Shown here in pieces: positions 19,991-30,121 of a DNA stretch of 64,000 bases. The stretch's first letter is position 1, and every line of letters begins with the position of its first letter. The translations under genes and the position numbers were made by a program. The notes below the pieces were generated by a model that was not told the DNA's origin, ran no database searches, and saw only the letters and a program-made list of their open reading frames with translations. The stretch is from Candidatus Eremiobacteria bacterium (GTDB lineage Bacteria > Vulcanimicrobiota > Vulcanimicrobiia > Vulcanimicrobiales > Vulcanimicrobiaceae): NCBI GenBank assembly GCA_963758295.1, contig CAVWUU010000004.1, forward strand, positions 288,001-352,000, given 5' to 3'.

Positions 19991-21467
19991 ATGCGTGGGG
20001 TTCGGCTAAAATCGTGCGCGGGTTCGTGTACCAAACAAGACCCGGCGGCGCATTTTTCTGCGCGCGAACGTATTTGCGCTGCGTATAGTCAATGGGCACC
20101 TTGCCCGATGTCTTCGCTTTCGAGAACGAGGCCGCAAGCGCAGCCGCTCGTGCGATATCTTCCTCCGGCGGCTCCGTTCGGTCGTCGCGTTGCAGAATAA
20201 CGTGCGCGCCGGGGATATTCTGTGCGTGAAACCACAGATCGTTGGGGCGAGCTATGCGAAAAGTTAAATCGGCATTTTCGCTCGGCGAGCGTCCGACGAG
20301 AATACGGGAGCCGCTATCGGTTCGGAATTCGAGCGGTGCGCGTTTGCGTCGTTTCGCATGCACGGCGGAGCGTTGATGTTTCGGTTCCAAATGTGCGACC
20401 GCGGCGGCCACGTCGTCGAGGTCGTGGTCTTCAGCGCGCTCGGTTTCCCACCGAAGTTCTTCGATTGCGCGCTGCGACTCCCGCAACGTGGTTTCACGCT
20501 CGTCTAAGTGCGGGAGCGTGTTTCCGAGTTTCTTGTATTCGGCGAAGAGCTTCGTCGCGCGGTCTTTGGCGTCGTCGCGAGACGTTTCGTCCAACTCGTG
20601 CAGAGTCGCGTAGATGGCTTCGCCTTCCTCACGCATCGTCTCACGACCGGCGGCTTTGCGCCGCTTCGAGTCAATTGACGCGAGTTCGTCGTGAATCTTG
20701 CGTTCGCGGTCCTTTAGACGCTTGAGTAACGCATTGCGCCGCTCGGCGGTACGGCGGCGTTCGCCGGTGCCGATTTTCTGCTCGCGAAAATCATGAAGCG
20801 CGTCGAGCAGCGAATCGGCCTGAGCAACCTCCGCGCCGGCAAACCGGTCGAGCGCAAATGGATACGCTTGCTGAAGCTCAGCGTCAACGCGATAAAGAAA
20901 CAGCGGTGCGTGCATCGCTTCGTCGTTCCGGGAGTCGTCTGCCGGCAGCGTTCCGGCAAGCGAAGCACGTTCGGCCAGCGGCGGCGGCTGGTAAGGCATG
21001 CCGGCTTCAACGGCGCGCGTTCCGTTTTGTGCGAGCGAAAATTCCTTTGCTGCAGCGACGACGCGGTCGCCTTTGACGAGGATGATGTTGCCGAAGCGCG
21101 GCACAAGTTCCACGTAAAGATCCACTTGATCGCCAACGCCGAAGCGCGAACGCGCTCCGAACGTCAGGCGTATCAGGCGGTCGCCCTTGCGCGATTTCGC
21201 GGCAAGCAACACCGTGCCGCGCAACGCCGCTCCGGTAGCGCGAATGAAACCCGGTTCCGCAGCGATCGGCAGTTCGCCATCCTCCACTGTGAGAAGCGGA
21301 GGCGACCCGAATACGTCGATGCACAAGAGGTAGGTCGTCCCGCGCGCCCAAAGCGCGACGGCGGTGCGGCCGTCCGGAAGCAGGCCGACATCGCGCACTT
21401 TCGCGCCGCGAAAGCGCGCCTCGATCTCGAACGCCATGCGGCGCACCAATAGCCAATCCGTCAGCAT
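19989..21467 (-). CDS. NFACT / RqcH (FbpA-like) ribosome quality-control protein
   Basis: N-terminal ELVPRFGNIILV; C-terminal ILVGRSPSENA, DLWFHAQNIPGAHVI, IDYTQRKYV. Confidence 0.85.
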   Translation of the reverse strand: MLTDWLLVRRMAFEIEARFRGAKVRDVGLLPDGRTAVALWARGTTYLLCIDVFGSPPLLTVEDGELPIAAEPGFIRATGAALRGTVLLAAKSRKGDRLIRLTFGARSRFGVGDQVDLYVELVPRFGNIILVKGDRVVAAAKEFSLAQNGTRAVEAGMPYQPPPLAERASLAGTLPADDSRNDEAMHAPLFLYRVDAELQQAYPFALDRFAGAEVAQADSLLDALHDFREQKIGTGERRRTAERRNALLKRLKDRERKIHDELASIDSKRRKAAGRETMREEGEAIYATLHELDETSRDDAKDRATKLFAEYKKLGNTLPHLDERETTLRESQRAIEELRWETERAEDHDLDDVAAAVAHLEPKHQRSAVHAKRRKRAPLEFRTDSGSRILVGRSPSENADLTFRIARPNDLWFHAQNIPGAHVILQRDDRTEPPEEDIARAAALAASFSKAKTSGKVPIDYTQRKYVRAQKNAPPGLVWYTNPRTILAEPHA

Positions 21468-21508
21468 GGTTTCCGGAGCGTTCGGCGTCGAGGCTCCATC
21501 TCACTGGC

Positions 21509-21973
21509 TTAGAACGAGATTGTGACGGTTACGGAGTCGCTGTAGGAGCCGACGTTAGCGTCTTGACCCGACGGCAGTTCGCCGTAAAACGGAATGCTGT
21601 TTCTACTGTTCTTCGAACCCGTCGTGGCCGAATAGTTTACGGTCCCGCCGGTTCCGTCGCCGAAGACCTGGGAGTAGGCCGCGTCGTAGTAGATGTTATA
21701 GGCCAAGTAATCCGCGCCGCCGGCGAGTTTCATTCGCCGTTGGCCGAACGCCGGGGAATACGAGCCCATATCTAGATCTACGGTAACGGAGACGTTTTTC
21801 GCGTTGCACGAGAAGGTGATGGAGCCGCCGCCGACTTGAACCGGCGTCAACGAATACGGGTTATAGGTTCCAAACGGCAGCGAGGAAACCGTTGAGAACG
21901 AGCAACTTGGCGCCGCCATGACGCGGGATGCCGTTAGTGCGAATAAAATCGCCGCAAGCGCTATTTTGCGCAC
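21509..21973 (-). CDS. Spore coat protein U (Csu-type) pilin domain protein
   Basis: Signal peptide from GTG 21973; paired Cys; FGTYNP, LAYNIY, GSYSDSVTVTISF. Confidence 0.88.
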   Translation of the reverse strand: MRKIALAAILFALTASRVMAAPSCSFSTVSSLPFGTYNPYSLTPVQVGGGSITFSCNAKNVSVTVDLDMGSYSPAFGQRRMKLAGGADYLAYNIYYDAAYSQVFGDGTGGTVNYSATTGSKNSRNSIPFYGELPSGQDANVGSYSDSVTVTISF

Positions 21974-24270
21974 GTCACCGTGCCAAGGGACTGTTGCACG
22001 CGTGTTAAAACCGGAACGTCGATCGTAAACCCGCAACTTCCCGCGTTATCAGCCGCAACAGCTTGATACGTTCCGCGCGGAAGGTTTGAGAAATAGAACC
22101 GGCCGCTTTCATCGGTCGGCGAGGAATACGTGCGGCCATGCCAGGTGATTTGCAGCTCGCCGTACGCGAACGCTCGGCCGTCACGCCGAACCACGTTGCC
22201 CGTTAATCCGCGTTCAAGGCTTCCGTGATAGCGGACGACACCGGCGCCGTGATATGCCGGTTGAACGCCCTGATCTTCTCCGGTAAGTGTTTGATCGAAG
22301 GAGAACGTGTCGTCGGCCAACGACACGCGGTTCACTTCGTACGACGCGAGAAACGGCACGACGGCATACCCATCGGCATTCGTTCGACCGGCGTACCGGT
22401 TATTGAGGTATATGGGCGCGTTGCCCGCGCCGGGAGCCTCAACAAGCGCATAAGCATCCGGCACGGCCTGCGAGAAAAGCGTATGGCCGTCGATGCGCTC
22501 CAGAGCACCGGACACGTCCACGCTGTCGCTGAGCGGCAGATGGCCGAAACCGCCGCTCTGCTGCAAAGAAACCGCGGCAAAGGGCAGTCCGAAGCGCGCG
22601 GCACTGCCGACCGGCGAAGCACCGTACGGGCCCGCAGCTATGCTGTAACTCGTATCGAACGGCGTCGACGGCGCGTGAACGATCTGCGTAACGGTACCCG
22701 CCGTAGATCCGGCGTCAACTTCGGCCGTCGCCACGGTCGACGCGTCGATGGGAAATCCGAGCAACAGCGAGAGGCTGCGCTGTGGTCCGTCGCCCGAAGA
22801 TTCAGCTTCGGCTGCGGAGAGCGAAACGGTCATTTTTCCCATGCGGCGCGACAGATTGACGGCCACCTGCCGGAAGTTGCCGCTGTCGCGATAGCGAGCA
22901 ACTTGCGTAGTGAGCGAGAGGGATGTGTCTGCGGAGAGCCGCCGCGATCCCGATCCGTCGAATTCGAAGAGGGCCCGGTCGTCGGCGACGTGCTGGCTTA
23001 GATTCGTATAGAACGGCGATTGCGCGCGGGCAACGAGGGAGAATCCGCTGGTGATTCCGCTGCTGCTGTAACCGATGGAAAGCGCATCGCCGCGACGGCC
23101 ATCGCTTTGGCTTTGAGCGACGGCGACATGCACGTCGGCAAAACGCAGGATGCCGTCGTAGTTCAATCCCGCGCTTAGGACGTTCGCGCCCGTCTCGATT
23201 CTGGCGCCGGCGGTGGACCAATTCGACAAGCCGATTCGATAGCTTCCGAGCGCCGCTGCCGGGCCGTATCCGTCGCCGGTCGATTCCAGATCGTGACGAT
23301 CCGCCCCGATCGCGTAATCGTAATCCGTCAAACCTTTGCGTAAGAGCGCGGCCGATCCATAGAGGGTCGCATCAAAAAGCGTTTGTGCGCCGAAACCGTT
23401 GCGCAGAACAACCTGCGCACGATCGATTCCCTCGTGAATTGGGAGATCGTTTAAGTTGTATTGCCCGGGCGGAAGGTCGATGGTCTTAACCACCGCGCCG
23501 TTGACGATGATATCGGCTTCCGAAGGTTCCAAGACGGAAGCGGTCACCGATGGAAGCGGAAACGTGGCCACGTATGGATTCGTCGAAAATGCGCGTTGTA
23601 CGGTGATCCCGCCAAGAATGGCGCTTCCGCCCAGATCGCCGGTTCCCGCAAAGGCGTCGCCGACGATCGTGCGTCGCAGCCGCTGCGGCGAATCGATAGT
23701 TACGTCGGTGAGGCCGCGTTGGAGCGTTCCGTCGAACGAACGGCCGACGGTGTCGTCAACGACGGCGCCATTCGTCAAGTTCAAACGCTGCTCGATGCTT
23801 CCCGTCCATGGCGTACCGCTCGCGGCGCGGACGTCGTAGTTCAACACGAGGCCGGCAGTCGACGCGGGCGCAATGGTTGAATCGCTTGCCAGGCTGACGG
23901 TTTCGTGCTTCAGCGCCTTCGCGGCAAGCCGTATAGCAAGCTGCAGCTTCGGCAGATCGACTTTGTAGGTCAGCGTGTCGGCTAGCGCCGACAAGGCGAC
24001 ATAGGGCCTGGAGTGAAGCGTTTCCGTAGTTTTCCCGGTCGCATCTACGCCGGCTGCACGAAGATCGTCCGCCGCCACCAAGACGTCGCTCCCGCGCAGA
24101 ACGACCAGTACCGAGTCATGCGCGACGCCGTTCACGGAGAGATCCATGTACACGCTGTCCGTTGCGGCGCGCGCGGGCAGCATCAAAAAAGCAAAAGCTA
24201 CCGCCGGCACCACAATCACGGCGGCGAGGTATCGGAAGAGTTCTTTGAGCTGCGCTACGTTTACCGGCAC
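21961..24270 (-). CDS. Fimbrial outer-membrane usher (CsuD-like); start approximate
   Basis: MDLSVNG, IVGDAF, ILGGITVQRAF, LPPGQYNL, LLRKGLTDYDYAIG; position between chaperone and pilin. Confidence 0.88.
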   Translation of the reverse strand: MPVNVAQLKELFRYLAAVIVVPAVAFAFLMLPARAATDSVYMDLSVNGVAHDSVLVVLRGSDVLVAADDLRAAGVDATGKTTETLHSRPYVALSALADTLTYKVDLPKLQLAIRLAAKALKHETVSLASDSTIAPASTAGLVLNYDVRAASGTPWTGSIEQRLNLTNGAVVDDTVGRSFDGTLQRGLTDVTIDSPQRLRRTIVGDAFAGTGDLGGSAILGGITVQRAFSTNPYVATFPLPSVTASVLEPSEADIIVNGAVVKTIDLPPGQYNLNDLPIHEGIDRAQVVLRNGFGAQTLFDATLYGSAALLRKGLTDYDYAIGADRHDLESTGDGYGPAAALGSYRIGLSNWSTAGARIETGANVLSAGLNYDGILRFADVHVAVAQSQSDGRRGDALSIGYSSSGITSGFSLVARAQSPFYTNLSQHVADDRALFEFDGSGSRRLSADTSLSLTTQVARYRDSGNFRQVAVNLSRRMGKMTVSLSAAEAESSGDGPQRSLSLLLGFPIDASTVATAEVDAGSTAGTVTQIVHAPSTPFDTSYSIAAGPYGASPVGSAARFGLPFAAVSLQQSGGFGHLPLSDSVDVSGALERIDGHTLFSQAVPDAYALVEAPGAGNAPIYLNNRYAGRTNADGYAVVPFLASYEVNRVSLADDTFSFDQTLTGEDQGVQPAYHGAGVVRYHGSLERGLTGNVVRRDGRAFAYGELQITWHGRTYSSPTDESGRFYFSNLPRGTYQAVAADNAGSCGFTIDVPVLTRVQQSLGTVTCAK

Positions 24271-25016
24271 GACCCGGGCGACAGCTTCACCGCTTGCGTC
24301 ACGGTTTGTCCGCCGGCATTCCACGATATCTGCGCAGAACTCGCGCGGCTGCATGCCGATGGCGGAAGAGGCAGCTTGGCGTTTTGGCTGCTGCCGGCGA
24401 GCACGTACCAGACGCCGGCGGTGCCCGTCCAAATTCGAGAACCGGAGGCATCGCGAAGCGCAACGTCTACGTGCGACGGCGCTACGTGTTCCGTTCCGGC
24501 GTTACCAAGGGTTAGGAATGCGCTTGCGTGAGACACTTCGGCGTGGTTGACGCGCGGAGCGGCCGCTGCGGCCGCCGAGGCAGGTTGGAAGACCGGAATG
24601 TCCATGCGCGAGAGAATCAGCAAATGCTGGCCCGCCGCAGCTCGCGGGTCGAACGGCGGGAGTTCCGTTATGAAAAGCCGGTATGCGCGTTCGGTGGAAG
24701 CCGGCGTCGCCGTTATCCCGACGCGGATGCGCTGAGAAGCGCCGGCATCAAGCGAAAAAACCTGCGGAAAATAAACGATATCGTCGCTCGCAGTTTTGAT
24801 TTCGCGCGCTTGGGGCGTTTGCGACCACGCGAACGCGCTTACAGAAAAGCGTATAGCTTCTTGGCTGGTATTGGTCACCGTGACGTCTCCAAATTTGGTT
24901 ATCGTCAAAGAGAGCGGCGACATTTGAAAAGTGGCCGCCCGCGCGGTGAGCGGAGAAGCGAGCGCTATAAAAAGCGACAGGCCCGCCAGGAAACGGCGGG
25001 CTCGCGAGAAGTTCAT
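24261..25016 (-). CDS. Periplasmic pilus chaperone (PapD/CsuC-like)
   Basis: Signal peptide; FPQVFSL, QRIRVG, ERAYRLFITELPP, IPVF. Confidence 0.88.
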   Translation of the reverse strand: MNFSRARRFLAGLSLFIALASPLTARAATFQMSPLSLTITKFGDVTVTNTSQEAIRFSVSAFAWSQTPQAREIKTASDDIVYFPQVFSLDAGASQRIRVGITATPASTERAYRLFITELPPFDPRAAAGQHLLILSRMDIPVFQPASAAAAAAPRVNHAEVSHASAFLTLGNAGTEHVAPSHVDVALRDASGSRIWTGTAGVWYVLAGSSQNAKLPLPPSACSRASSAQISWNAGGQTVTQAVKLSPGSCR

Positions 25017-25023
25017 GGATCCT

Positions 25024-25533
25024 CTAGAAACTTGCGGTTGCGACTACCGTGTCCGAGTATGATCCGGTGTTGCTATCCTGGCCTGCCGGAATTGTCGCAT
25101 AAATGTTAACCGTTCCGGCCGCTTTCCCCGCAGAGGAGTAGCTAACGCTGTTCGACGCGCTCCAGACGGTCGAACGAGCGGCCGTCGTGTAAAGCTCGTA
25201 GGAGAGGTAGTTCGATCCGGAGATCATCGCGCGCGTCGTGCCGGTTGCGTGTGAAGCGTTCAAGCCGGTATCCAGCGTGATCGTCGCTACGGTGCCTTTC
25301 GTACAGGCAATCGAAAGCGTTCCGGTTACCGAATCGGCGGTTGAGAGATTTGCGACCAGCGGGTCGTACGTGCCGAAGGGAACGGACGCGGCGCCCATCG
25401 TGCAATTCGTGTTGATCGTCGCGCTCACCGCGACGTTCGTGGTGACGGTGGAGGCGTTCGCCGGGAGCGACGCCGCTACGGCGATCAGACCCAACGTGGC
25501 GACGGCGATGATACGGCGGCTTCCCTTGAACAA
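25024..25533 (-). CDS. Spore coat protein U (CsuA/B-like) probable major pilin
   Basis: SD AAGGAG then TTG; signal peptide; VSATINTNC, FGTYDP, IACTKG, LSYELY, GSYSDTVVAT. Confidence 0.9.
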   Translation of the reverse strand: MFKGSRRIIAVATLGLIAVAASLPANASTVTTNVAVSATINTNCTMGAASVPFGTYDPLVANLSTADSVTGTLSIACTKGTVATITLDTGLNASHATGTTRAMISGSNYLSYELYTTAARSTVWSASNSVSYSSAGKAAGTVNIYATIPAGQDSNTGSYSDTVVATASF

Positions 25534-25568
25534 CGTTTTCTCTCCTTACGTGCGTAGCAACCACGCAC

Positions 25569-25598
25569 ACTATAGCTACGTGCGCGCATTGACAGCAA
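25569..25598 (-). promoter_or_regulatory. Sigma70-like promoter of the pilus operon
   Basis: Minus strand TTGCTG-18 nt-TATAGT, 35 nt upstream of the start codon. Confidence 0.5.
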
Positions 25599-25699
25599 GC
25601 GATATTTAAGCGAAGAACGCAAGCTTTACGGCACCCAATCGTGAGCTATACATTCTTAATGAAATGCTCAGAAGAGCCGGCGTTTTTGTAAAGCGCGCT

Positions 25700-27181
25700 T
25701 TACGAAAACCGAGAGCGCAGTTCTCGTTTGAGGACTTTACCGCTGGGGCCGAGAGGCATCGCTTCAACGATATGAATGTGGCGCGGATATTTGTGACGAG
25801 CGAGATGCTCCTGCGACCACGAAATGAATTCTTCGCGCACGACAGTGTAGCCGTCGTGCAAAACGAGGACGGCGTGGATTTCCTCGCCATGCGTCTGGTG
25901 CGGGATGCCGATCACCGCAACTTGCTTGACGGCATCGTGGCGCATTAACACTTCCTCGACCTCGCGCGGATAAACGTTGAAGCCGCCGCGAAGGATCATA
26001 TCTTTCTTCCGGTCGACGATCGTAATGAAACCGTCGGGATCTTTCGTGCCGAGATCGCCGCTGCGAAACCAGCCATCGACGATCGCGGCTCGCGTGGCGT
26101 CCGGGTTGTTCAAATATCCCTTGAAGACGCAGTGGCCGCGAATGACGATTTCGCCCAATTCATTTGGCGGAACGAATTCGACGTGGTCTTCAACATCAGG
26201 ATGTGCAACGGCCAGCTCAACGCCCCAGATCCCGCAGCCGACGGTGCCCGGCCTGCGGCCGAACTCGCGTTGATTGAAACTTGCAACAGGCGACGTCTCC
26301 GAAAGGCCGTAGCCTTCCAGAATTTCCGTATCGAAGGCCCTCTCCCACGCTTCCAATACCGGGACGGGCAAGGATGATCCGCCGGAAGCGGCACAGCGCA
26401 GCGGCGGCCGGCGCTCGTCTTTGCGGGCTGCATCCAGCAGGCCGATGTACATGGTCGGTACGCCGGAGAAGAGCGTAACGTTTTCGCGCACCATAAGATC
26501 GAGTGCCGCCGGACCGTCGAAACGCGGCATCAGCACCATCATCGCGCCCACGCGAAAAGCCGTGTTCATCACGCACGTTTGCCCGAACGAATGGAAAAGC
26601 GGCAGCGCGCACAGCAAGATGTCATCGGCGCGTACTTCAAAAAGGTCGCGCGCGCACACGGTCGCGTTGAGGACGAGATTGTTTTGCGAAAGAACCGCGC
26701 CTTTCGGTACGCCGGTCGTGCCGCTCGTATAAAGAATCACGGCATCGTCGAAGGCTTCCCTCCGGGCGAGCGCCGGCAGCGGTTCGACGTCCGGGGTTCC
26801 GGCAGGCATCAACGGAACGCCGGCGAGTTCGGCGCCCCGGGCGCCCGCTGCCAGCGCCTCGTGGCAGACCAGAAGCTTTGCCCCGGAGTCCCGAAGCACG
26901 TAAGCGACCTCTTGGGCGGTGAGCAGCGCGTGGACGGGGACGACGACCGCGCCGGCTGCCAGCGTCCCGTAGTACGCTCGTGGAAAGTCCGCCACGTTTG
27001 GAAGAAGTACGGCGATCCGGTCGCCCGGCGCGATTCCGGCGTCGACAAACTTTCGGGCATACCGGCGCGCCTGTGCCCATAAATCGGCATAGCAAATGCG
27101 TTCCGGCCCGGCCACGACCGCCGTGCGGCCGGGATGCCTGAGCGCACTTTCCGCTAAGATCGAGGCCAAAGAGAGCGCCAT
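25700..27181 (-). CDS. Long-chain acyl-CoA ligase (ANL superfamily)
   Basis: YTSGTTGVPKG, GYGLSET, WFRSGDLG, DRKKDMI, SGKVLK; SD GGGAGG. Confidence 0.93.
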   Translation of the reverse strand: MALSLASILAESALRHPGRTAVVAGPERICYADLWAQARRYARKFVDAGIAPGDRIAVLLPNVADFPRAYYGTLAAGAVVVPVHALLTAQEVAYVLRDSGAKLLVCHEALAAGARGAELAGVPLMPAGTPDVEPLPALARREAFDDAVILYTSGTTGVPKGAVLSQNNLVLNATVCARDLFEVRADDILLCALPLFHSFGQTCVMNTAFRVGAMMVLMPRFDGPAALDLMVRENVTLFSGVPTMYIGLLDAARKDERRPPLRCAASGGSSLPVPVLEAWERAFDTEILEGYGLSETSPVASFNQREFGRRPGTVGCGIWGVELAVAHPDVEDHVEFVPPNELGEIVIRGHCVFKGYLNNPDATRAAIVDGWFRSGDLGTKDPDGFITIVDRKKDMILRGGFNVYPREVEEVLMRHDAVKQVAVIGIPHQTHGEEIHAVLVLHDGYTVVREEFISWSQEHLARHKYPRHIHIVEAMPLGPSGKVLKRELRSRFS

Positions 27182-27241
27182 ACCAGGTATCCTCCCGCCC
27201 TTGTGTGAAGAGAACACGCTTTGCCCGCCAGAGGAGTTCGA

Positions 27242-27862
27242 GTGATCACCGGCCCGGGGTTACTGTTCGTTGTGTCGGGGCCTTCCGGGGCCGGCAAGGA
27301 TACGTTGGTCGACGCGCTTCGTGCGCGGATGCCGCGGTTGAAGTATTCGATCTCCGCGACCACGCGCGACCCGCGACCGGGAGAGCGCGACGAGGAGCAC
27401 TACTTTTTCAAGTCTCGAGTTCAGTTTGAACGCGAGCGCGAAGAGAACGGCTACCTGGAGTGGCGGGAATACAACGGCAACCTTTACGGGACGCCGAGGA
27501 ACTTCGTGGTTAACACGCTGACCGAAGGCTACGATCTAATCATGAAGCCCGAAGTCAACGGGGCGCTCGCAATAAAGGCAGCGTATCCGGACGCGGTGTT
27601 GATTTTCCTGGTTCCGGACCGCTTTTCGCACCTACGCGAACGCCTGCTCGCGCGGCGCACCGAGACCAACGAAGAGATCGCGCGACGGCTCGAAATCGCG
27701 CATCAAGAAATGAGGTCCATTCGGGACTTCGACTACATCGTGATCAACGAGCAGGATCGCTCGGAAGACGCGATTCGCGACCTGCAAGCGATTTTGCACG
27801 CAGAGCGCTTTCGTATCCACCGCTACGACGACGATTCATTGAACAACGTCGAGCGAACGTAA
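27242..27862 (+). CDS. gmk: Guanylate kinase
   Basis: SGPSGAGKDT, SATTRDPRPGE, YGTP; SD GAGGAG before GTG. Confidence 0.96.
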   Translation: MITGPGLLFVVSGPSGAGKDTLVDALRARMPRLKYSISATTRDPRPGERDEEHYFFKSRVQFEREREENGYLEWREYNGNLYGTPRNFVVNTLTEGYDLIMKPEVNGALAIKAAYPDAVLIFLVPDRFSHLRERLLARRTETNEEIARRLEIAHQEMRSIRDFDYIVINEQDRSEDAIRDLQAILHAERFRIHRYDDDSLNNVERT

Positions 27863-27877
27863 GACATAAGGAACCAA

Positions 27878-28150
27878 GTGAGTAAGACTGTTTTTGGCGA
27901 TCTCGACGCGCTGCTCAAACACGCGGATTCGAAGTTCAGCCTCGTCAATATCGTCACCAAGCGCGCCCGCCAGTTGAACAACTGGATCCGGGTCCAGCAA
28001 CTGCCGCCCTCGGATCGTCGCGAGTACTTTGCAAGCGAGCCGTTGGTCGATAAGGACGATATCAACCCGAATAAGCCGGTTTCGATCGCCCTGGATGAGA
28101 TTGCCGAAGGCCATATTGAATACCACCGCACCAAAGAGGGTATTAAGTAG
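27878..28150 (+). CDS. rpoZ: RNA polymerase omega subunit
   Basis: SKFSLVNIVTKRARQL, KPVSIALDEI; directly after gmk. Confidence 0.93.
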   Translation: MSKTVFGDLDALLKHADSKFSLVNIVTKRARQLNNWIRVQQLPPSDRREYFASEPLVDKDDINPNKPVSIALDEIAEGHIEYHRTKEGIK

Positions 28151-28194
28151 CCGAATTAAGCTGGCGCTTAATCCGTCTTAGGAGTATTGATAGG

Positions 28195-30036
28195 ATGTGC
28201 GGGATCGTTGGCTACATCGGAGAGCGCGATAGCGTTCCGATCATTCTCGATTCGCTTTCGCGACTCGAGTATCGCGGCTATGACAGTGCCGGCATCGCGG
28301 TAATCGACGCGGACGGCGCCCTCACCGGAAGCAAAGCCGAGGGCAAGCTCTCGCGCCTCGCGGAACGGTTGCAAAACGGCGGCCGCATCGCCGGTAAAGT
28401 CGGCGTCGGACACACGCGCTGGGCGACGCACGGGCGTCCGAACGATGCCAATGCGCATCCGCACATGGACTGCAGCGGCAACATCGCCGTGGTCCACAAC
28501 GGCATCATCGAGAACTATGCGTCGCTTCGCGCAAAGCTGCTCGAACTCGGACATACGTTTAAGAGCGAAACCGATACGGAAGTGCTCGCGCATCTCATCG
28601 AGGTGCACTACGACGGCGACATCGTCGCCGCCGTACGCAAGACGCTCGAAGAAGTCGTCGGCGCTTATGCGCTCGGCGTTATTTCCAGCGACGATCCGGA
28701 TCGCCTGATCTTCGCGCGTAACGGCGCGAGCCCGCTCGTCGTGGGCATCGGCGACGGCGAGATGTACGTTGCCTCCGATACGCCGGCCATTCTGCCGTAT
28801 ACGCGCAAAGAAATCATCTTGCAAGAAGGCGAGATGGTTGTCGTCGGCCGTGACGGCTATTCGCTCACGCGCTACGACGGCACGCCGGTGCATCGCGACG
28901 TCACGCACGTAACGTGGGATGCAACCTCGGCCGAGAAGAGCGGCTACAAGCACTTCATGCTCAAGGAAATCTTCGAGCAGCCCAACGTGATCAAAGAGAC
29001 GCTGGCCGGCCGCATCGATGAAGACGGCATGGTGCATCTCGGCACGGAACTCGGTGAAGCCGCCGACAAAAAACTGCGTGACATTTCAAAAATCGCCATC
29101 ACCGGCTGCGGCACCGCGTACCACGCCGGCATGGTCGGGATGTACTTGCTGCGTTCGCTCGTAAAGCTGCCCGTGGAAATGGAGCTTGCCAGCGAATTCC
29201 GCTACGGCGATCCCGTCATCGATCCGACGGCGCTGGTTATCGCTATGTCGCAGTCCGGCGAAACCGCCGATACGATCGAAGCTATCCGTATCGCAAAGAA
29301 TGCCGGCACAACGATTCTTGGCATCTGTAACGTGCTGGGATCGCACCTGACGCGCATTGCCGACGGCACGCTCTACACGCGCGGCGGTCCCGAAATCGGC
29401 GTCGCAGCGACCAAGACCTACGTGTCTCAAGTTACGGCGATGACGCTGTTCTCGCTGTACCTGGCGAAGGTTCGGGGCACGGTGGATCCGCAACGTCTGA
29501 AGGAAATCGGCGAAAACACGAAGCTGCTTCCGGCGTCCGTCGACGTGATCCTCAATACGTCGAGCTACATCCGCGACGTCGCGCGCAAGATTCGTAAGAT
29601 GCGCAGCTGTCTCTTTATCGGCCGTTACATCAATTTCCCGACGGCGCTCGAAGGCGCATTGAAACTGAAAGAAATCAGCTACATTCACGCTGAGGGCTAC
29701 GCGGCCGGCGAAATGAAACACGGGCCGATCGCGCTGCTCGATACCGAAACGCCGGTGATCGGCGTTATGACCGACGGACGCGTGCGCGACAAAATTCTGT
29801 CGAACCTGATGGAGTCCAAGGCGCGCGAAGCACCCATCATCGTGGTTGCGAACCACGGAGACGAAGAAGCAGCAGAAGTTGCCGACTACGTCTTCTGGGT
29901 TCCGAAAGTCGACGAACTGCTCTCGCCGATTGTCAACGTCATCCCGCTGCAGCTGTTGGCCTATCACATCGCCGACATCGAAGGCAAAGACGTGGATCAA
30001 CCTCGCAACCTGGCGAAAACCGTCACGGTCGAATAG
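28195..30036 (+). CDS. glmS: Glutamine-fructose-6-phosphate transaminase
   Basis: MCGIVG, EYRGYDSAG, GHTRWATHG, SQSGETADT, PRNLAKTVTVE. Confidence 0.98.
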   Translation: MCGIVGYIGERDSVPIILDSLSRLEYRGYDSAGIAVIDADGALTGSKAEGKLSRLAERLQNGGRIAGKVGVGHTRWATHGRPNDANAHPHMDCSGNIAVVHNGIIENYASLRAKLLELGHTFKSETDTEVLAHLIEVHYDGDIVAAVRKTLEEVVGAYALGVISSDDPDRLIFARNGASPLVVGIGDGEMYVASDTPAILPYTRKEIILQEGEMVVVGRDGYSLTRYDGTPVHRDVTHVTWDATSAEKSGYKHFMLKEIFEQPNVIKETLAGRIDEDGMVHLGTELGEAADKKLRDISKIAITGCGTAYHAGMVGMYLLRSLVKLPVEMELASEFRYGDPVIDPTALVIAMSQSGETADTIEAIRIAKNAGTTILGICNVLGSHLTRIADGTLYTRGGPEIGVAATKTYVSQVTAMTLFSLYLAKVRGTVDPQRLKEIGENTKLLPASVDVILNTSSYIRDVARKIRKMRSCLFIGRYINFPTALEGALKLKEISYIHAEGYAAGEMKHGPIALLDTETPVIGVMTDGRVRDKILSNLMESKAREAPIIVVANHGDEEAAEVADYVFWVPKVDELLSPIVNVIPLQLLAYHIADIEGKDVDQPRNLAKTVTVE

Positions 30037-30062
30037 TACAAGCACGTTTATTTTATGGATAT

Positions 30063-30095
30063 AAAGGGTAGCCGCTAGGCTGCCCTTTGTTGTTT
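30063..30095 (+). terminator. Intrinsic terminator after glmS
   Basis: Stem aaagggtagcc / ggctgcccttt with a 4-nt loop, followed by a T-rich tail. Confidence 0.75.
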
Positions 30096-30121
30096 GTCCG
30101 CATTATGGGCAAGAGTGATAC

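Noticed and set aside
15573..25533. Sporulation locus (SpoIID, spore coat U domains)
   Set aside because: These domain names also cover non-sporulation lytic transglycosylases and Csu pilins; no core sporulation genes are seen.
25600..25680. c-di-GMP-I riboswitch before the pilus operon
   Set aside because: Only a short aacgcaagc resemblance, on the wrong strand, without the GGCAAA P2 stem.
28151..28194. glmS ribozyme
   Set aside because: Only 44 nt between rpoZ and glmS, too short, and no recognisable core.
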